From: Bugula neritina
Lineage: Eukaryota > Animalia > Bryozoa
NCBI GenBank assembly: GCA_964035545.1
Contig: CAXIUT010000097.1
Location: forward strand, 186,001-250,000
Direction of reading: 5' to 3'
DNA: 64,000 bases
The translations under genes were made by a program, and so were the position numbers. Shown one piece after another: positions 1 through 17,500 of the stretch; position 1 is the stretch's first letter, and each line of letters begins with the position of its first letter. Under the pieces are notes generated by a model. It searched no databases and had not been told where the DNA came from. It saw only the letters and a list, made by a program, of their open reading frames with translations.

Positions 1-468
1 ACTGCAACACACCGAAAAACACTGAAAATACTGTAACACACTGAAATATACTGCAAAATACTGGAATACACTGCTACATACTGAAATATACTGCGACACA
101 CTGCAACATACTAAAGTATACTGCAACATACTGAAATACACTGCAACACATTTAAATATACTGCAAAATACTGAAATACACTGCTATATACTGAAATACA
201 CTGTAACACACTACAACATACTGCAACCTACGAAAATATACTGCAACATACTGAAATACACTGCAAAATACTAAAATACACTGTAACATACTGAAGTATA
301 CTGCAACATACTGAAATACACTGCTACATACTGAAATATACTGCAACATACTGCAACATACTTAAATACACTGCAACACATTCAAATACACCGCAAAATA
401 CTACAACATACTGAAATGCACTGTAACATATTGAAATACACTGCAACACATTGAAATATACTGCAATG

Positions 469-485
469 TACCGAAATATATGGTA
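469..485. other. Landmark module X core, dyad TACC-GAAATATAT-GGTA (example copy; recurs dozens of times)
   Basis: The context CAATGTACCGAAATATATGGTAAACTACTGAAATATACTGTCACACATTGAAAAA recurs across the array, e.g. 469, 21281, 21791 and about 63780. Function is unknown. Confidence 0.8.
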
Positions 486-2418
486 AACTACTGAAATATA
501 CTGTCACACATTGAAAAATACTGCAACATACTGAAATATACTGCGACACATTGCAATATACTGTAACATACTGAAATAAGCTGTAGCACACTGAAATACA
601 CTGGAACTCACTGAAATATACTGCAACATACTGAATTACACTGTAACAAATTGAAATATACTGCAACATACTGAAATACAGTGCTACATACTGAAATATA
701 CTGTAACATACTGCAACATAGTGAAATACACTGTAACATACTGAAATACACTGCAACATACTACAACATATTGAAATACACTGCAACACATTGAAATATA
801 CTGCAACATACCTAAATATACTGTAATATACTGAAATATACTGTAACACATTGAAAAACACTGCAACATACTGAAATACACTGCAACGCACTGAGATACA
901 CCGCAAAATACTACAACATACTGAAATGCACTGTAACATATTGAAATACACTGCAACACATTGAAATATACTGCAATGTACCGAAATATATTGTAAACTA
1001 CTGAAATATACTGTCACACATTGAAAAGTACTGCAACATACTGAAATATACTGCGACACGTTGCAATATACTGTAACATACTGAAATATGCTGTAGCACA
1101 CTGAAATACACTGCAACTCACTGAAATATACTGCAACATACTGAAATACACTGCTACATACTGAAATATACTGCAACATACTGCAACATAGTGAAATACA
1201 CTGTAACATACTGAAATACACTGCGACATACTACAACATATTGAAAGACACTGCAACACATTGAAATATACTGCAACACACCTAAATATACGGTAATATA
1301 CCAAAATACACTGTAACACATTTAAAAACACTGCAACCTACTGAAATACACTGCAACACACTGACATACACTGCAAAACACTGTAACACACTGAAATATA
1401 CTGCAACACACTGTAATTTACTGCAACATACTAAAATATACTGCAACATACTGAAATACACTACAAAAAACTGAAATATACTGCAACACACTGCAACTTA
1501 CTGCAAAATACTAATATACACTGTAACATATTGAATTACACTGCAACACATTGAAATATACTGCAAAATACTTAAATACACTGCTACATACTGAAATATA
1601 CTGCGACACACTGCAACATACTGCAACATACTAAAATATACTGCAACATACTGAAGTACACTGCAAAATACTGAAATACACTGTAACATACTGAAATATA
1701 CTGCAACATACTGAAATACACTGCTATATACTGAAATATACTGCAAAATACTGCAACATACTAAAATACAATGTAACATATTGAAATACACTGCAACACA
1801 TTGAAATATACTGCAAAATACTGAAATACTTTGCTACATACTGAAATATACTGCGACACACTGCAACATACTGCAACATACTAAAATACACTGCAACATA
1901 CTGAAATACACTGCAGAATACTGAAATACACTGTCACATACTGAAATATACTGCAAAATTCTGAAATACACTGCTACATACTGAATTATACTGCAACACA
2001 CTGCGACATACTGCAACATACTAAAATACACTGTAACATATTGAAATACACTGCAACACATTGAAATATACTGCAATGTACTGAAATATATGGTAAACTA
2101 CTGAAATATACTGTCACACATTGAAAAATACTGCAACATACTGAAATATACTGCGACACAATGCAATATACTGTAGCATACTGAAATACGCTGTAGCACA
2201 CTGAAATACACTGCAACTCACTGAAATATACTGCAACATACTGAAACACACTGTAACATATTGAAATATACTGCAACATACTGAAATACATTGCTACATA
2301 CTGAAATATACTGCAACATACTGCAACATACTGAAATACACTGTAACATACTGAGAAACGCTGCAACATACTACAACATATTGAAAGACACTGCAACACA
2401 TTGAAATATACTGCAACA

Positions 2419-2435
2419 TACCTAAATATACGGTA
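2419..2435. other. Landmark module Y core, dyad TACC-TAAATATAC-GGTA (example copy; recurs dozens of times)
   Basis: The context CAACATACCTAAATATACGGTAATATAC recurs across the array, e.g. 2419, 21621, 32891. Function is unknown. Confidence 0.8.
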
Positions 2436-5400
2436 ATATACCAAAATATACTGTAACACATTGAAAAATACTGCAACATACTGAAATACACTGCAACACA
2501 CCGAAAAACACTGAAAATACTGTAACACACTGAAATATACTGCAAAATACTGGAATACACTGCTACATACTGAAATATACTGCGACACACTGCAACATAC
2601 TAAAGTATACTGCAACATACTGAAATACACTGCAACACATTTAAATATACTGCAAAATACTGAAATACACTGCTATATACTGAAATACACTGTAACACAC
2701 TACAACATACTGCAACCTACGAAAATATACTGCAACATACTGAAATACACTGCAAAATACTAAAATACACTGTAACATACTGAAGTATACTGCAACATAC
2801 TGAAATACACTGCTACATACTGAAATATACTGCAACATACTGCAACATACTTAAATACACTGCAACACATTCAAATACACCGCAAAATACTACAACATAC
2901 TGAAATGCACTGTAACATATTGAAATACACTGCAACACATTGAAATATACTGCAATGTACCGAAATATATGGTAAACTACTGAAATATACTGTCACACAT
3001 TGAAAAATACTGCAACATACTGAAATATACTGCGACACATTGCAATATACTGTAACATACTGAAATAAGCTGTAGCACACTGAAATACACTGCATTTCAC
3101 TGAAATATACTGCAACATACTGAAACACACTGTAACATATTGAAATATACTGCAACATACTGAATACATTGCTACATACTGAAATATACTGCAACATACT
3201 GCAACATACTGAAATACACTGTAACGTACTGAAATACGCTGCAACATACTACAACATATTGAAAGACACTGCAACACATTGAAATATACTGCAACATACC
3301 TAAATATACGGTAATATACCAAAATATACTGTGACACATTGAAAAATACTGCAACATACTGAAATACACTGCAACACAACGAAAAACACTGAAAATACTG
3401 TAACACACTGAAATATACTGCAAAATACTGAAATACACTGCTACATACTGAAATATACTGCGACACACTGCAACATACTGCAACATACTAAAGTATACTG
3501 CAACATACTGAAATACACTGTAAAATACTGAAATACACTATAACATACTGAAATATACTGCAACATACTGAAATACACTGCTACATACTGAAATATACTG
3601 CAACATACTGCAACATACTTAAATACACTGCAACACATTCAAATACACCGCAAAATACTACAACATACTGAAATGCACTGTAACATATTGAAATACACTG
3701 CAACACATTGAAATATACTGCAATGTACCGAAATATATGGTAAACTACTGAAATATACTGTCACACATTGAAAAATACTGCAACATACTGAAATATACTG
3801 CGACACATTGCAATATACTGTAACATACTGAAATAAGCTGTAGCACACTGAAATACACTGGAACTCACTGAAATATACTGCAACATACTGAATTACACTG
3901 TAACAAATTTAAATATACTGCAACATACTGAAATACAGTGCTACATACTGAAATATACTGTAACATACTGCAACATAGTGAAATACACTGTAACATACTG
4001 AAATACACTGCAACATACTACAACATATTGAAATACACTGCAACACATTGAAATATACTGCAACATACCTAAATATACTGTAATATACTGAAATATACTG
4101 TAACACATTGAAAAACACTGCAACATACTGAAATACACTGCAACGCACTGAGATACACCGCAAAATACTACAACATACTGAAATGCACTGTAACATATTG
4201 AAATACACTGCAACACATTGAAATATACTGCAATGTACCGAAATATATTGTAAACTACTGAAATATACTGTCACACATTGAAAAGTACTGCAACATACTG
4301 AAATATACTGCGACACGTTGCAATATACTGTAACATACTGAAATATGCTGTAGCACACTGAAATACACTGCAACTCACTGAAATATACTGCAACATACTG
4401 AAATACACTGCTACATACTGAAATATACTGCAACATACTGCAACATAGTGAAATACACTGTAACATACTGAAATACACTGCGACATACTACAACATATTG
4501 AAAGACACTGCAACACATTGAAATATACTGCAACACACCTAAATATACGGTAATATACCAAAATATACTGTAACACATTTAAAAACACTGCAACCTACTG
4601 AAATACACTGCAACACACTGACATACACTGCAAAACACTGTAACACACTGAAATATACTGCAACACACTGTAATTTACTGCAACATACTAAAATATACTG
4701 CAACATACTGAAATACACTACAAAAAACTGAAATATACTGCAACACACTGCAACTTACTGCAAAATACTAATATACACTGTAACATATTGAATTACACTG
4801 CAACACATTGAAATATACTGCAAAATACTTAAATACACTGCTACATACTGAAATATACTGCGACACACTGCAACATACTGCAACATACTAAAATATACTG
4901 CAACATACTGAAGTACACTGCAAAATACTGAAATACACTGTAACATACTGAAATATACTGCAACATACTGAAATACACTGCTATATACTGAAATATACTG
5001 CAAAATACTGCAACATACTAAAATACAATGTAACATATTGAAATACACTGCAACACATTGAAATATACTGCAAAATACTGAAATACTTTGCTACATACTG
5101 AAATATACTGCGACACACTGCAACATACTGCAACATACTAAAATACACTGCAACATACTGAAATACACTGCAGAATACTGAAATACACTGTCACATACTG
5201 AAATATACTGCAAAATTCTGAAATACACTGCTACATACTGAATTATACTGCAACACACTGCGACATACTGCAACATACTAAAATACACTGTAACATATTG
5301 AAATACACTGCAACACATTGAAATATACTGCAATGTACCGAAATATATGGTAAACTACTGAAATATACTGTCACACATTGAAAAATACTGCAACATACTG

Positions 5401-8400
5401 AAATATACTGCGACACAATGCAATATACTCTAGCATACTGAAATACGCTGTAGCACACTGAAATACACTGCAACTCACTGAAATATACTGCAACATACTG
5501 AAACACACTGTAACATATTGAAATATACTGCAACATACTGAAATACATTGCTACATACTGAAATATACTGCAACATACTGCAACATACTGAAATACACTG
5601 TAACATACTGAGAAACGCTGCAACATACTACAACATATTGAAAGACACTGCAACACATTGAAATATACTGCAACATACCTAAATATACGGTAATATACCA
5701 AAATATACTGTAACACATTGAAAAATACTGCAACATACTGAAATACACTGCAACACACCGAAAAACACTGAAAATACTGTAACACACTGAAATATACTGC
5801 AAAATACTGGAATACACTGCTACATACTGAAATATACTGCGACACACTGCAACATACTAAAGTATACTGCAACATACTGAAATACACTGCAACACATTTA
5901 AATATACTGCAAAATACTGAAATACACTGCTATATACTGAAATACACTGTAACACACTACAACATACTGCAACCTACGAAAATATACTGCAACATACTGA
6001 AATACACTGCAAAATACTAAAATACACTGTAACATACTGAAGTATACTGCAACATACTGAAATACACTGCTACATACTGAAATATACTGCAACATACTGC
6101 AACATACTTAAATACACTGCAACACATTCAAATACACCGCAAAATACTACAACATACTGAAATGCACTGTAACATATTGAAATACACTGCAACACATTGA
6201 AATATACTGCAATGTACCGAAATATATGGTAAACTACTGAAATATACTGTCACACATTGAAAAATACTGCAACATACTGAAATATACTGCGACACATTGC
6301 AATATACTGTAACATACTGAAATAAGCTGTAGCACACTGAAATACACTGGAACTCACTGAAATATACTGCAACATACTGAATTACACTGTAACAAATTGA
6401 AATATACTGCAACATACTGAAATACAGTGCTACATACTGAAATATACTGTAACATACTGCAACATAGTGAAATACACTGTAACATACTGAAATACACTGC
6501 AACATACTACAACATATTGAAATACACTGCAACACATTGAAATATACTGCAACATACCTAAATATACTGTAATATACTGAAATATACTGTAACACATTGA
6601 AAAACACTGCAACATACTGAAATACACTGCAACGCACTGAGATACACCGCAAAATACTACAACATACTGAAATGCACTGTAACATATTGAAATACACTGC
6701 AACACATTGAAATATACTGCAATGTACCGAAATATATTGTAAACTACTGAAATATACTGTCACACATTGAAAAGTACTGCAACATACTGAAATATACTGC
6801 GACACGTTGCAATATACTGTAACATACTGAAATATGCTGTAGCACACTGAAATACACTGCAACTCACTGAAATATACTGCAACATACTGAAATACACTGC
6901 TACATACTGAAATATACTGCAACATACTGCAACATAGTGAAATACACTGTAACATACTGAAATACACTGCGACATACTACAACATATTGAAAGACACTGC
7001 AACACATTGAAATATACTGCAACACACCTAAATATACGGTAATATACCAAAATACACTGTAACACATTTAAAAACACTGCAACCTACTGAAATACACTGC
7101 AACACACTGACATACACTGCAAAACACTGTAACACACTGAAATATACTGCAACACACTGTAATTTACTGCAACATACTAAAATATACTGCAACATACTGA
7201 AATACACTACAAAAAACTGAAATATACTGCAACACACTGCAACTTACTGCAAAATACTAATATACACTGTAACATATTGAATTACACTGCAACACATTGA
7301 AATATACTGCAAAATACTTAAATACACTGCTACATACTGAAATATACTGCGACACACTGCAACATACTGCAACATACTAAAATATACTGCAACATACTGA
7401 AGTACACTGCAAAATACTGAAATACACTGTAACATACTGAAATATACTGCAACATACTGAAATACACTGCTATATACTGAAATATACTGCAAAATACTGC
7501 AACATACTAAAATACAATGTAACATATTGAAATACACTGCAACACATTGAAATATACTGCAAAATACTGAAATACTTTGCTACATACTGAAATATACTGC
7601 GACACACTGCAACATACTGCAACATACTAAAATACACTGCAACATACTGAAATACACTGCAGAATACTGAAATACACTGTCACATACTGAAATATACTGC
7701 AAAATTCTGAAATACACTGCTACATACTGAATTATACTGCAACACACTGCGACATACTGCAACATACTAAAATACACTGTAACATATTGAAATACACTGC
7801 AACACATTGAAATATACTGCAATGTACTGAAATATATGGTAAACTACTGAAATATACTGTCACACATTGAAAAATACTGCAACATACTGAAATATACTGC
7901 GACACAATGCAATATACTGTAGCATACTGAAATACGCTGTAGCACACTGAAATACACTGCAACTCACTGAAATATACTGCAACATACTGAAACACACTGT
8001 AACATATTGAAATATACTGCAACATACTGAAATACATTGCTACATACTGAAATATACTGCAACATACTGCAACATACTGAAATACACTGTAACATACTGA
8101 GAAACGCTGCAACATACTACAACATATTGAAAGACACTGCAACACATTGAAATATACTGCAACATACCTAAATATACGGTAATATACCAAAATATACTGT
8201 AACACATTGAAAAATACTGCAACATACTGAAATACACTGCAACACACCGAAAAACACTGAAAATACTGTAACACACTGAAATATACTGCAAAATACTGGA
8301 ATACACTGCTACATACTGAAATATACTGCGACACACTGCAACATACTAAAGTATACTGCAACATACTGAAATACACTGCAACACATTTAAATATACTGCA

Positions 8401-11400
8401 AAATACTGAAATACACTGCTATATACTGAAATACACTGTAACACACTACAACATACTGCAACCTACGAAAATATACTGCAACATACTGAAATACACTGCA
8501 AAATACTAAAATACACTGTAACATACTGAAGTATACTGCAACATACTGAAATACACTGCTACATACTGAAATATACTGCAACATACTGCAACATACTTAA
8601 ATACACTGCAACACATTCAAATACACCGCAAAATACTACAACATACTGAAATGCACTGTAACATATTGAAATACACTGCAACACATTGAAATATACTGCA
8701 ATGTACCGAAATATATGGTAAACTACTGAAATATACTGTCACACATTGAAAAATACTGCAACATACTGAAATATACTGCGACACATTGCAATATACTGTA
8801 ACATACTGAAATAAGCTGTAGCACACTGAAATACACTGCATTTCACTGAAATATACTGCAACATACTGAAACACACTGTAACATATTGAAATATACTGCA
8901 ACATACTGAATACATTGCTACATACTGAAATATACTGCAACATACTGCAACATACTGAAATACACTGTAACGTACTGAAATACGCTGCAACATACTACAA
9001 CATATTGAAAGACACTGCAACACATTGAAATATACTGCAACATACCTAAATATACGGTAATATACCAAAATATACTGTGACACATTGAAAAATACTGCAA
9101 CATACTGAAATACACTGCAACACAACGAAAAACACTGAAAATACTGTAACACACTGAAATATACTGCAAAATACTGAAATACACTGCTACATACTGAAAT
9201 ATACTGCGACACACTGCAACATACTGCAACATACTAAAGTATACTGCAACATACTGAAATACACTGTAAAATACTGAAATACACTATAACATACTGAAAT
9301 ATACTGCAACATACTGAAATACACTGCTACATACTGAAATATACTGCAACATACTGCAACATACTTAAATACACTGCAACACATTCAAATACACCGCAAA
9401 ATACTACAACATACTGAAATGCACTGTAACATATTGAAATACACTGCAACACATTGAAATATACTGCAATGTACCGAAATATATGGTAAACTACTGAAAT
9501 ATACTGTCACACATTGAAAAATACTGCAACATACTGAAATATACTGCGACACATTGCAATATACTGTAACATACTGAAATAAGCTGTAGCACACTGAAAT
9601 ACACTGGAACTCACTGAAATATACTGCAACATACTGAATTACACTGTAACAAATTTAAATATACTGCAACATACTGAAATACAGTGCTACATGCTGAAAT
9701 ATACTGTAACATACTGCAACATAGTGAAATACACTGTAACATACTGAAATACACTGCAACATACTACAACATATTGAAATACACTGCAACACATTGAAAT
9801 ATACTGCAACATACCTAAATATACTGTAATATACTGAAATATACTGTAACACATTGAAAAACACTGCAACATACTGAAATACACTGCAACGCACTGAGAT
9901 ACACCGCAAAATACTACAACATACTGAAATGCACTGTAACATATTGAAATACACTGCAACACATTGAAATATACTGCAATGTACCGAAATATATTGTAAA
10001 CTACTGAAATATACTGTCACACATTGAAAAGTACTGCAACATACTGAAATATACTGCGACACGTTGCAATATACTGTAACATACTGAAATATGCTGTAGC
10101 ACACTGAAATACACTGCAACTCACTGAAATATACTGCAACATACTGAAATACACTGCTACATACTGAAATATACTGCAACATACTGCAACATAGTGAAAT
10201 ACACTGTAACATACTGAAATACACTGCGACATACTACAACATATTGAAAGACACTGCAACACATTGAAATATACTGCAACACACCTAAATATACGGTAAT
10301 ATACCAAAATATACTGTAACACATTTAAAAACACTGCAACCTACTGAAATACACTGCAACACACTGACATACACTGCAAAACACTGTAACACACTGAAAT
10401 ATACTGCAACACACTGTAATTTACTGCAACATACTAAAATATACTGCAACATACTGAAATACACTACAAAAAACTGAAATATACTGCAACACACTGCAAC
10501 TTACTGCAAAATACTAATATACACTGTAACATATTGAATTACACTGCAACACATTGAAATATACTGCAAAATACTTAAATACACTGCTACATACTGAAAT
10601 ATACTGCGACACACTGCAACATACTGCAACATACTAAAATATACTGCAACATACTGAAGTACACTGCAAAATACTGAAATACACTGTAACATACTGAAAT
10701 ATACTGCAACATACTGAAATACACTGCTATATACTGAAATATACTGCAAAATACTGCAACATACTAAAATACAATGTAACATATTGAAATACACTGCAAC
10801 ACATTGAAATATACTGCAAAATACTGAAATACTTTGCTACATACTGAAATATACTGCGACACACTGCAACATACTGCAACATACTAAAATACACTGCAAC
10901 ATACTGAAATACACTGCAGAATACTGAAATACACTGTCACATACTGAAATATACTGCAAAATTCTGAAATACACTGCTACATACTGAATTATACTGCAAC
11001 ACACTGCGACATACTGCAACATACTAAAATACACTGTAACATATTGAAATACACTGCAACACATTGAAATATACTGCAATGTACTGAAATATATGGTAAA
11101 CTACTGAAATATACTGTCACACATTGAAAAATACTGCAACATACTGAAATATACTGCGACACAATGCAATATACTGTAGCATACTGAAATACGCTGTAGC
11201 ACACTGAAATACACTGCAACTCACTGAAATATACTGCAACATACTGAAACACACTGTAACATATTGAAATATACTGCAACATACTGAAATACATTGCTAC
11301 ATACTGAAATATACTGCAACATACTGCAACATACTGAAATACACTGTAACATACTGAGAAACGCTGCAACATACTACAACATATTGAAAGACACTGCAAC

Positions 11401-14400
11401 ACATTGAAATATACTGCAACATACCTAAATATACGGTAATATACCAAAATATACTGTAACACATTGAAAAATACTGCAACATACTGAAATACACTGCAAC
11501 ACACCGAAAAACACTGAAAATACTGTAACACACTGAAATATACTGCAAAATACTGGAATACACTGCTACATACTGAAATATACTGCGACACACTGCAACA
11601 TACTAAAGTATACTGCAACATACTGAAATACACTGCAACACATTTAAATATACTGCAAAATACTGAAATACACTGCTATATACTGAAATACACTGTAACA
11701 CACTACAACATACTGCAACCTACGAAAATATACTGCAACATACTGAAATACACTGCAAAATACTAAAATACACTGTAACATACTGAAGTATACTGCAACA
11801 TACTGAAATACACTGCTACATACTGAAATATACTGCAACATACTGCAACATACTTAAATACACTGCAACACATTCAAATACACCGCAAAATACTACAACA
11901 TACTGAAATGCACTGTAACATATTGAAATACACTGCAACACATTGAAATATACTGCAATGTACCGAAATATATGGTAAACTACTGAAATATACTGTCACA
12001 CATTGAAAAATACTGCAACATACTGAAATATACTGCGACACATTGCAATATACTGTAACATACTGAAATAAGCTGTAGCACACTGAAATACACTGCATTT
12101 CACTGAAATATACTGCAACATACTGAAACACACTGTAACATATTGAAATATACTGCAACATACTGAATACATTGCTACATACTGAAATATACTGCAACAT
12201 ACTGCAACATACTGAAATACACTGTAACGTACTGAAATACGCTGCAACATACTACAACATATTGAAAGACACTGCAACACATTGAAATATACTGCAACAT
12301 ACCTAAATATACGGTAATATACCAAAATATACTGTGACACATTGAAAAATACTGCAACATACTGAAATACACTGCAACACAACGAAAAACACTGAAAATA
12401 CTGTAACACACTGAAATATACTGCAAAATACTGAAATACACTGCTACATACTGAAATATACTGCGACACACTGCAACATACTGCAACATACTAAAGTATA
12501 CTGCAACATACTGAAATACACTGTAAAATACTGAAATACACTATAACATACTGAAATATACTGCAACATACTGAAATATACTGCTACATACTGAAATATA
12601 CTGCAACACACTGCAACATACTGCAACGTACTAGAATACACTGTAACATAATGAAATACACTGCAACACATTGAAATATACTGCAAAATACTGAAATACA
12701 CTGCTACATACTGAAATACACTGCAACACACTACAACATACTGCAACATACTAAAATATACTGCAACATACTGAAATACACTGCAAAAGACTGAAATACA
12801 TTGCAACATACTACAACATATTTCAATACACTGCAACACATTGAAACATACTGCAACATACCTAAATATACGGTAATATACTGAAATATACTGTAACACA
12901 TTGAAAAACACTGCAACATACTGAAATGCACTGCAACATACTGAAATACACTGTAACATATTGGAATACACTGCAACACATTGAAATATACTGCAAAATA
13001 CTGAAATACACTGCTACATACTGAAATATACTGCAACATACTGCAACATACTGAAATACACTGCAACACATTCAAATACACCGCAAAATACTACAACATA
13101 CTGAAATGCACTGTAACATATTGAATTACACTGCAACGCATTGAAATATACTGCAATATACCGAAATATATGGTAAACTACTGAAATATACTGTCACACA
13201 TTGAAAAACACTGCAACATACTGAAATATACTGCGACACATTGCAATATACTGTAACATACTGAAATAGGCTGTAGCACACTGAAATACACTGCAACTCA
13301 CTAAAATCTACTGCAACATACTGAAATACACTGCAACATACTGAAATACACTGTAACATACTGAAGTATACTGCAACAGACTGAAATACACTGCTACATA
13401 CTGAAATATACTGCAACACACAGCAACATACTGCAACATACTAAAATACACTGTAACATATTGGAATACACTGCAACACATTGAAATATACTGCAAAATA
13501 CTGAAATACACTGCTACATAATGAAATATACTGCAACATACTGCAACATACTGAAATACACTGCAACACATTCAAATACACCGCAAAATACTACAACATA
13601 TTGAAACACACTGCAACACATTGAAAAATACTGCAACATACTGAAATACACTGCAACACACCGAAAGACACTGAAAATACTGTAACACACTGAAATATAC
13701 TGCAAAATACTGGAATACACTGCTACATACTGAAATATACTGCGACACACTGCAACATACTAAAGTATACTGCAACATACTGAAATACACTGTAACATAT
13801 TGAAATACACTGCAACGCATTGAAATATACTGCAATGTACTGAAATATATGGTAAACTACTGAAATATACTGTCACACATTGAAAAACACTGCAACATAC
13901 TGAAAATACCGCGACACATTGCAATATACTGTAACATACTGAAATAGGCTGTAGCACACTGAAATACACTGCAACTCACTGAAATATACTGCAACATACT
14001 GAAATACACTGTAACATATTGAAATATAATGCAACACACTGAAATATAGTGCTACATACTGAAACATACTGCAACATACTGCAACATAGTGAAATACACT
14101 GTAACATACTGAAATACACTGCAAGATACTACAACATATTTCAATACACTGCAACACATTGAAATACACTGCAACATACCTAAATATACGGTAATATACT
14201 GAAATATACTGTAACACATTGAAAAACACTGGAACATACTGAAACACACTGCAACACACTCAAATACACCGCAAAATACTACAACATACTGAAATGCACT
14301 GTAACATATTGAAATACACTGCAACACATTGAAATATACTGCAACATACTAAAATACACTGTAACATATTGGAATACACTGCAACACATTGAAATATACT

Positions 14401-14510
14401 GCAAAACACTGAAATACACAGCTACATACTGAAATATACTGCAACATACTGCAACATACTGAAATACACTGCAACACATTGAAATATACTGCAACATACC
14501 TAAATATACG

Positions 14511-17500
14511 GTAATATACTGAAATATACTGTAACACATTGAAAAACACTGCAACATACTGAAATACACTGCAACACATTCAAATACACCGCAAAATACT
14601 ACAACACACTGAAATGCACTGTAACATATTGAAATACACTGCAACACATTGAAATAAACTGCAATGTACCGAAATATATGGTAAACTACTGAAATATACT
14701 GTCACACATTGAAAAATACTGCAACATACTGAAATATACTGCGACACATTGCAATATACTGTAACATACTGAAATATGCTGTAGCACACTGAAATACACT
14801 GCATCATACTGAAATACACTGTAACATATTAAAATATACTGCAACATACTGAAATACACTGCAGAATACCAAAATACACTGCAACGCATTGAAATATACT
14901 GCAAAATACTGAAATACACTGCTACATACTGAAATATACTGCGACACACTGCGACATACTGCAACATACTAAAATACACTGTAACATATTGAAATACACT
15001 GCAACACATTGAAATATACTGCAATGTACCGAAATATATGGTAAACTACTGAAATATACTGTCACACATTGAAAAATACTGCAACATACTGAAATATACT
15101 GCGACACATTGCAATATACTGTAACATACTGAAATATGCTGTAGCACACTGAAATACACTGCAACTCACTGAAATATACTGCAACATACTGAAACACACT
15201 GTAACATATTGAAATATACTGCAACATACTGAATACATTGCTACATATTGAAATATACTGCAACATACTGCAACATACTGAAATACACTGTAACGTACTG
15301 AAATACGCTGCAACATACTACAACATATTGAAAGACACTGCAGCACATTGAAATATACTGCAACATACCTAAATATACGGTAATATACCAAAATGTACTG
15401 TGACACATTGAAAAATACTGCAACATACTGAAATACACTGCAACACAACGAAAAACACTGAAAATACTGTAACACACTGAAATATACTGCAAAATACTGA
15501 AATACACTGCCACATACTGAAATATACTGCAACATACTGCAACATACTGAAATACACTGCAACACATTGAAATATACTGCAACATACCTAAATATACGGT
15601 AATATACTAAAATATACTGTAACATACTGAAATACATTGCAGAATACCGAAATACACTGTAACATACTGAAATATACTGCAAAATACTGAAATACACTGC
15701 TACATACTGAAATATACTGCGACACACTGCGACATACTGCAACATACTAAAATACACTGTAACATATTGAAATACACTGCAACACATTGAAATATACTGC
15801 AATATACCGAAATATATGGTAAACTACTGAAATATACTGTCACACATTGAAAAATACTGCAACATACTGAAATATACTGTGACACATTGCAATATACTGT
15901 AACATACTGAAATATGCTGTAGCACACTGAAATACACTGCAACATACTGAAATACACTGTAACATATTAAAATATACTGCAACATACTGAAATACACTGC
16001 AGAATACCGAAATACACTGTAACATACTGAAATATACTGCAAAATACTGAAATACACTGCTACATACTGAAATATACTGCGACACACTGCGACATACTGC
16101 AACATACTAAAATACACTGTAACACATTGAAATACACTGCAACACATTGAAATATACTGCAATGTACCGAAATATATGGTAAACTACTGAAATATACTGT
16201 CACACATTAAAAAATACTGCAACATACTGAAATATACTGCGACACATTGCAATACACTGTAACATACTGAAATATGCTGTAGCACACTGAAATACACTGC
16301 AACTCACTGAAATATACTGCAACATACTGAAACACACTGTAACATATTGAAATATACTGCAACATACTGAATAAATTGCTACATACTGAAATATACTGCA
16401 ACATACTGCAAAATACTGAAATACACTGCTACATACTGAAATATACTGCGACACACTGCAACATACTGCAACATACTAAGGTATACTGCAAGATACTGAA
16501 ATACACTGTAAAATACTGAAATACACTATAACATACTGAAATATACTGCAACATACTGAAATATACTGCTACATACTGAAATATACTGCAACACACTGCA
16601 ACATACTGCAACATACTAGAATACACTGTAACATAATGAAATACACTGCAACACATTGAAATATACTGCAAAATACTGAAATACACTGCTATATACTGAA
16701 ATACACTGCAACACACTACAACATACTGCAACATACTAAAATATACTGTAACATACTGAAATACACTGCAAAAGACTGAAATACACTGCAACATACTACA
16801 ACATATTTCAATACACTGCAACACATTGAAACATACTGCAACATACCTAAATATACGGTAATATACTGAAATATACTGTAACACATTGAAAAACACTGCA
16901 ACATACTGAAATACACTGCAACATACTGAAATACACTGTAACATATTGGAATACACTGCAACATATTGAAATATACTGCAAATTACTGAAATACACTGCT
17001 ATATACTGAAATACACTGCAACACACTACAACATACTGCAACATACGAAAATATACTGCAACATACTGAAATACACTGCAAAATACTGAAATACACTGTA
17101 ACATACTGAAGTATACTGCAACATACTGAAATACACTGCTACATACTGAAATATACTGCAACATACTGCAACATACTGAAATACACTGCAACACATTCAA
17201 ATACACCGCAAAATACTACAACATACTGAAATGCACTGTAACATATTGAAATACACTGCAACGCATTGAAATATACTGCAATGTACCGAAATATATGGTA
17301 AACTACTGAAATATACTGTCACACATTGAAAAACACTGCAACATACTGAAATATACTGCGACACATTGCAATATACTGTAACATACTGAAATAGGCTGTA
17401 GCACACTGAAACACACTGCAACTCACTGAAATATACTGCAACATACTGAAATACACTGTAACATATTGAAATATACTGCAACATACTGAAATATAGTGCT

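Larger units (their letters stand above)
1..12600 (+). repeat. Higher-order repeat block: short (2489 bp) and long (3257 bp) units in order S-L-S-L-L(partial), i.e. a 5746-bp SL dimer x2
   Basis: The unit start ACTGCAACACACCGAAAAACACTGAAAATACTGT recurs at 1, 2490, 5747, 8236 and 11493. Identical ORF translations start at 152/2641/5898/8387/11644 and 684/3941/6430/9687. Identity to the L unit is lost at about 12575-12610. Confidence 0.93.

Noticed and set aside
469-485. CENP-B box or stable hairpin/terminator at the TACC-N9-GGTA dyad
   Set aside because: It does not match the CENP-B box core (TTCG....A..CGGG), and a 4-bp stem is too weak for a stable hairpin.
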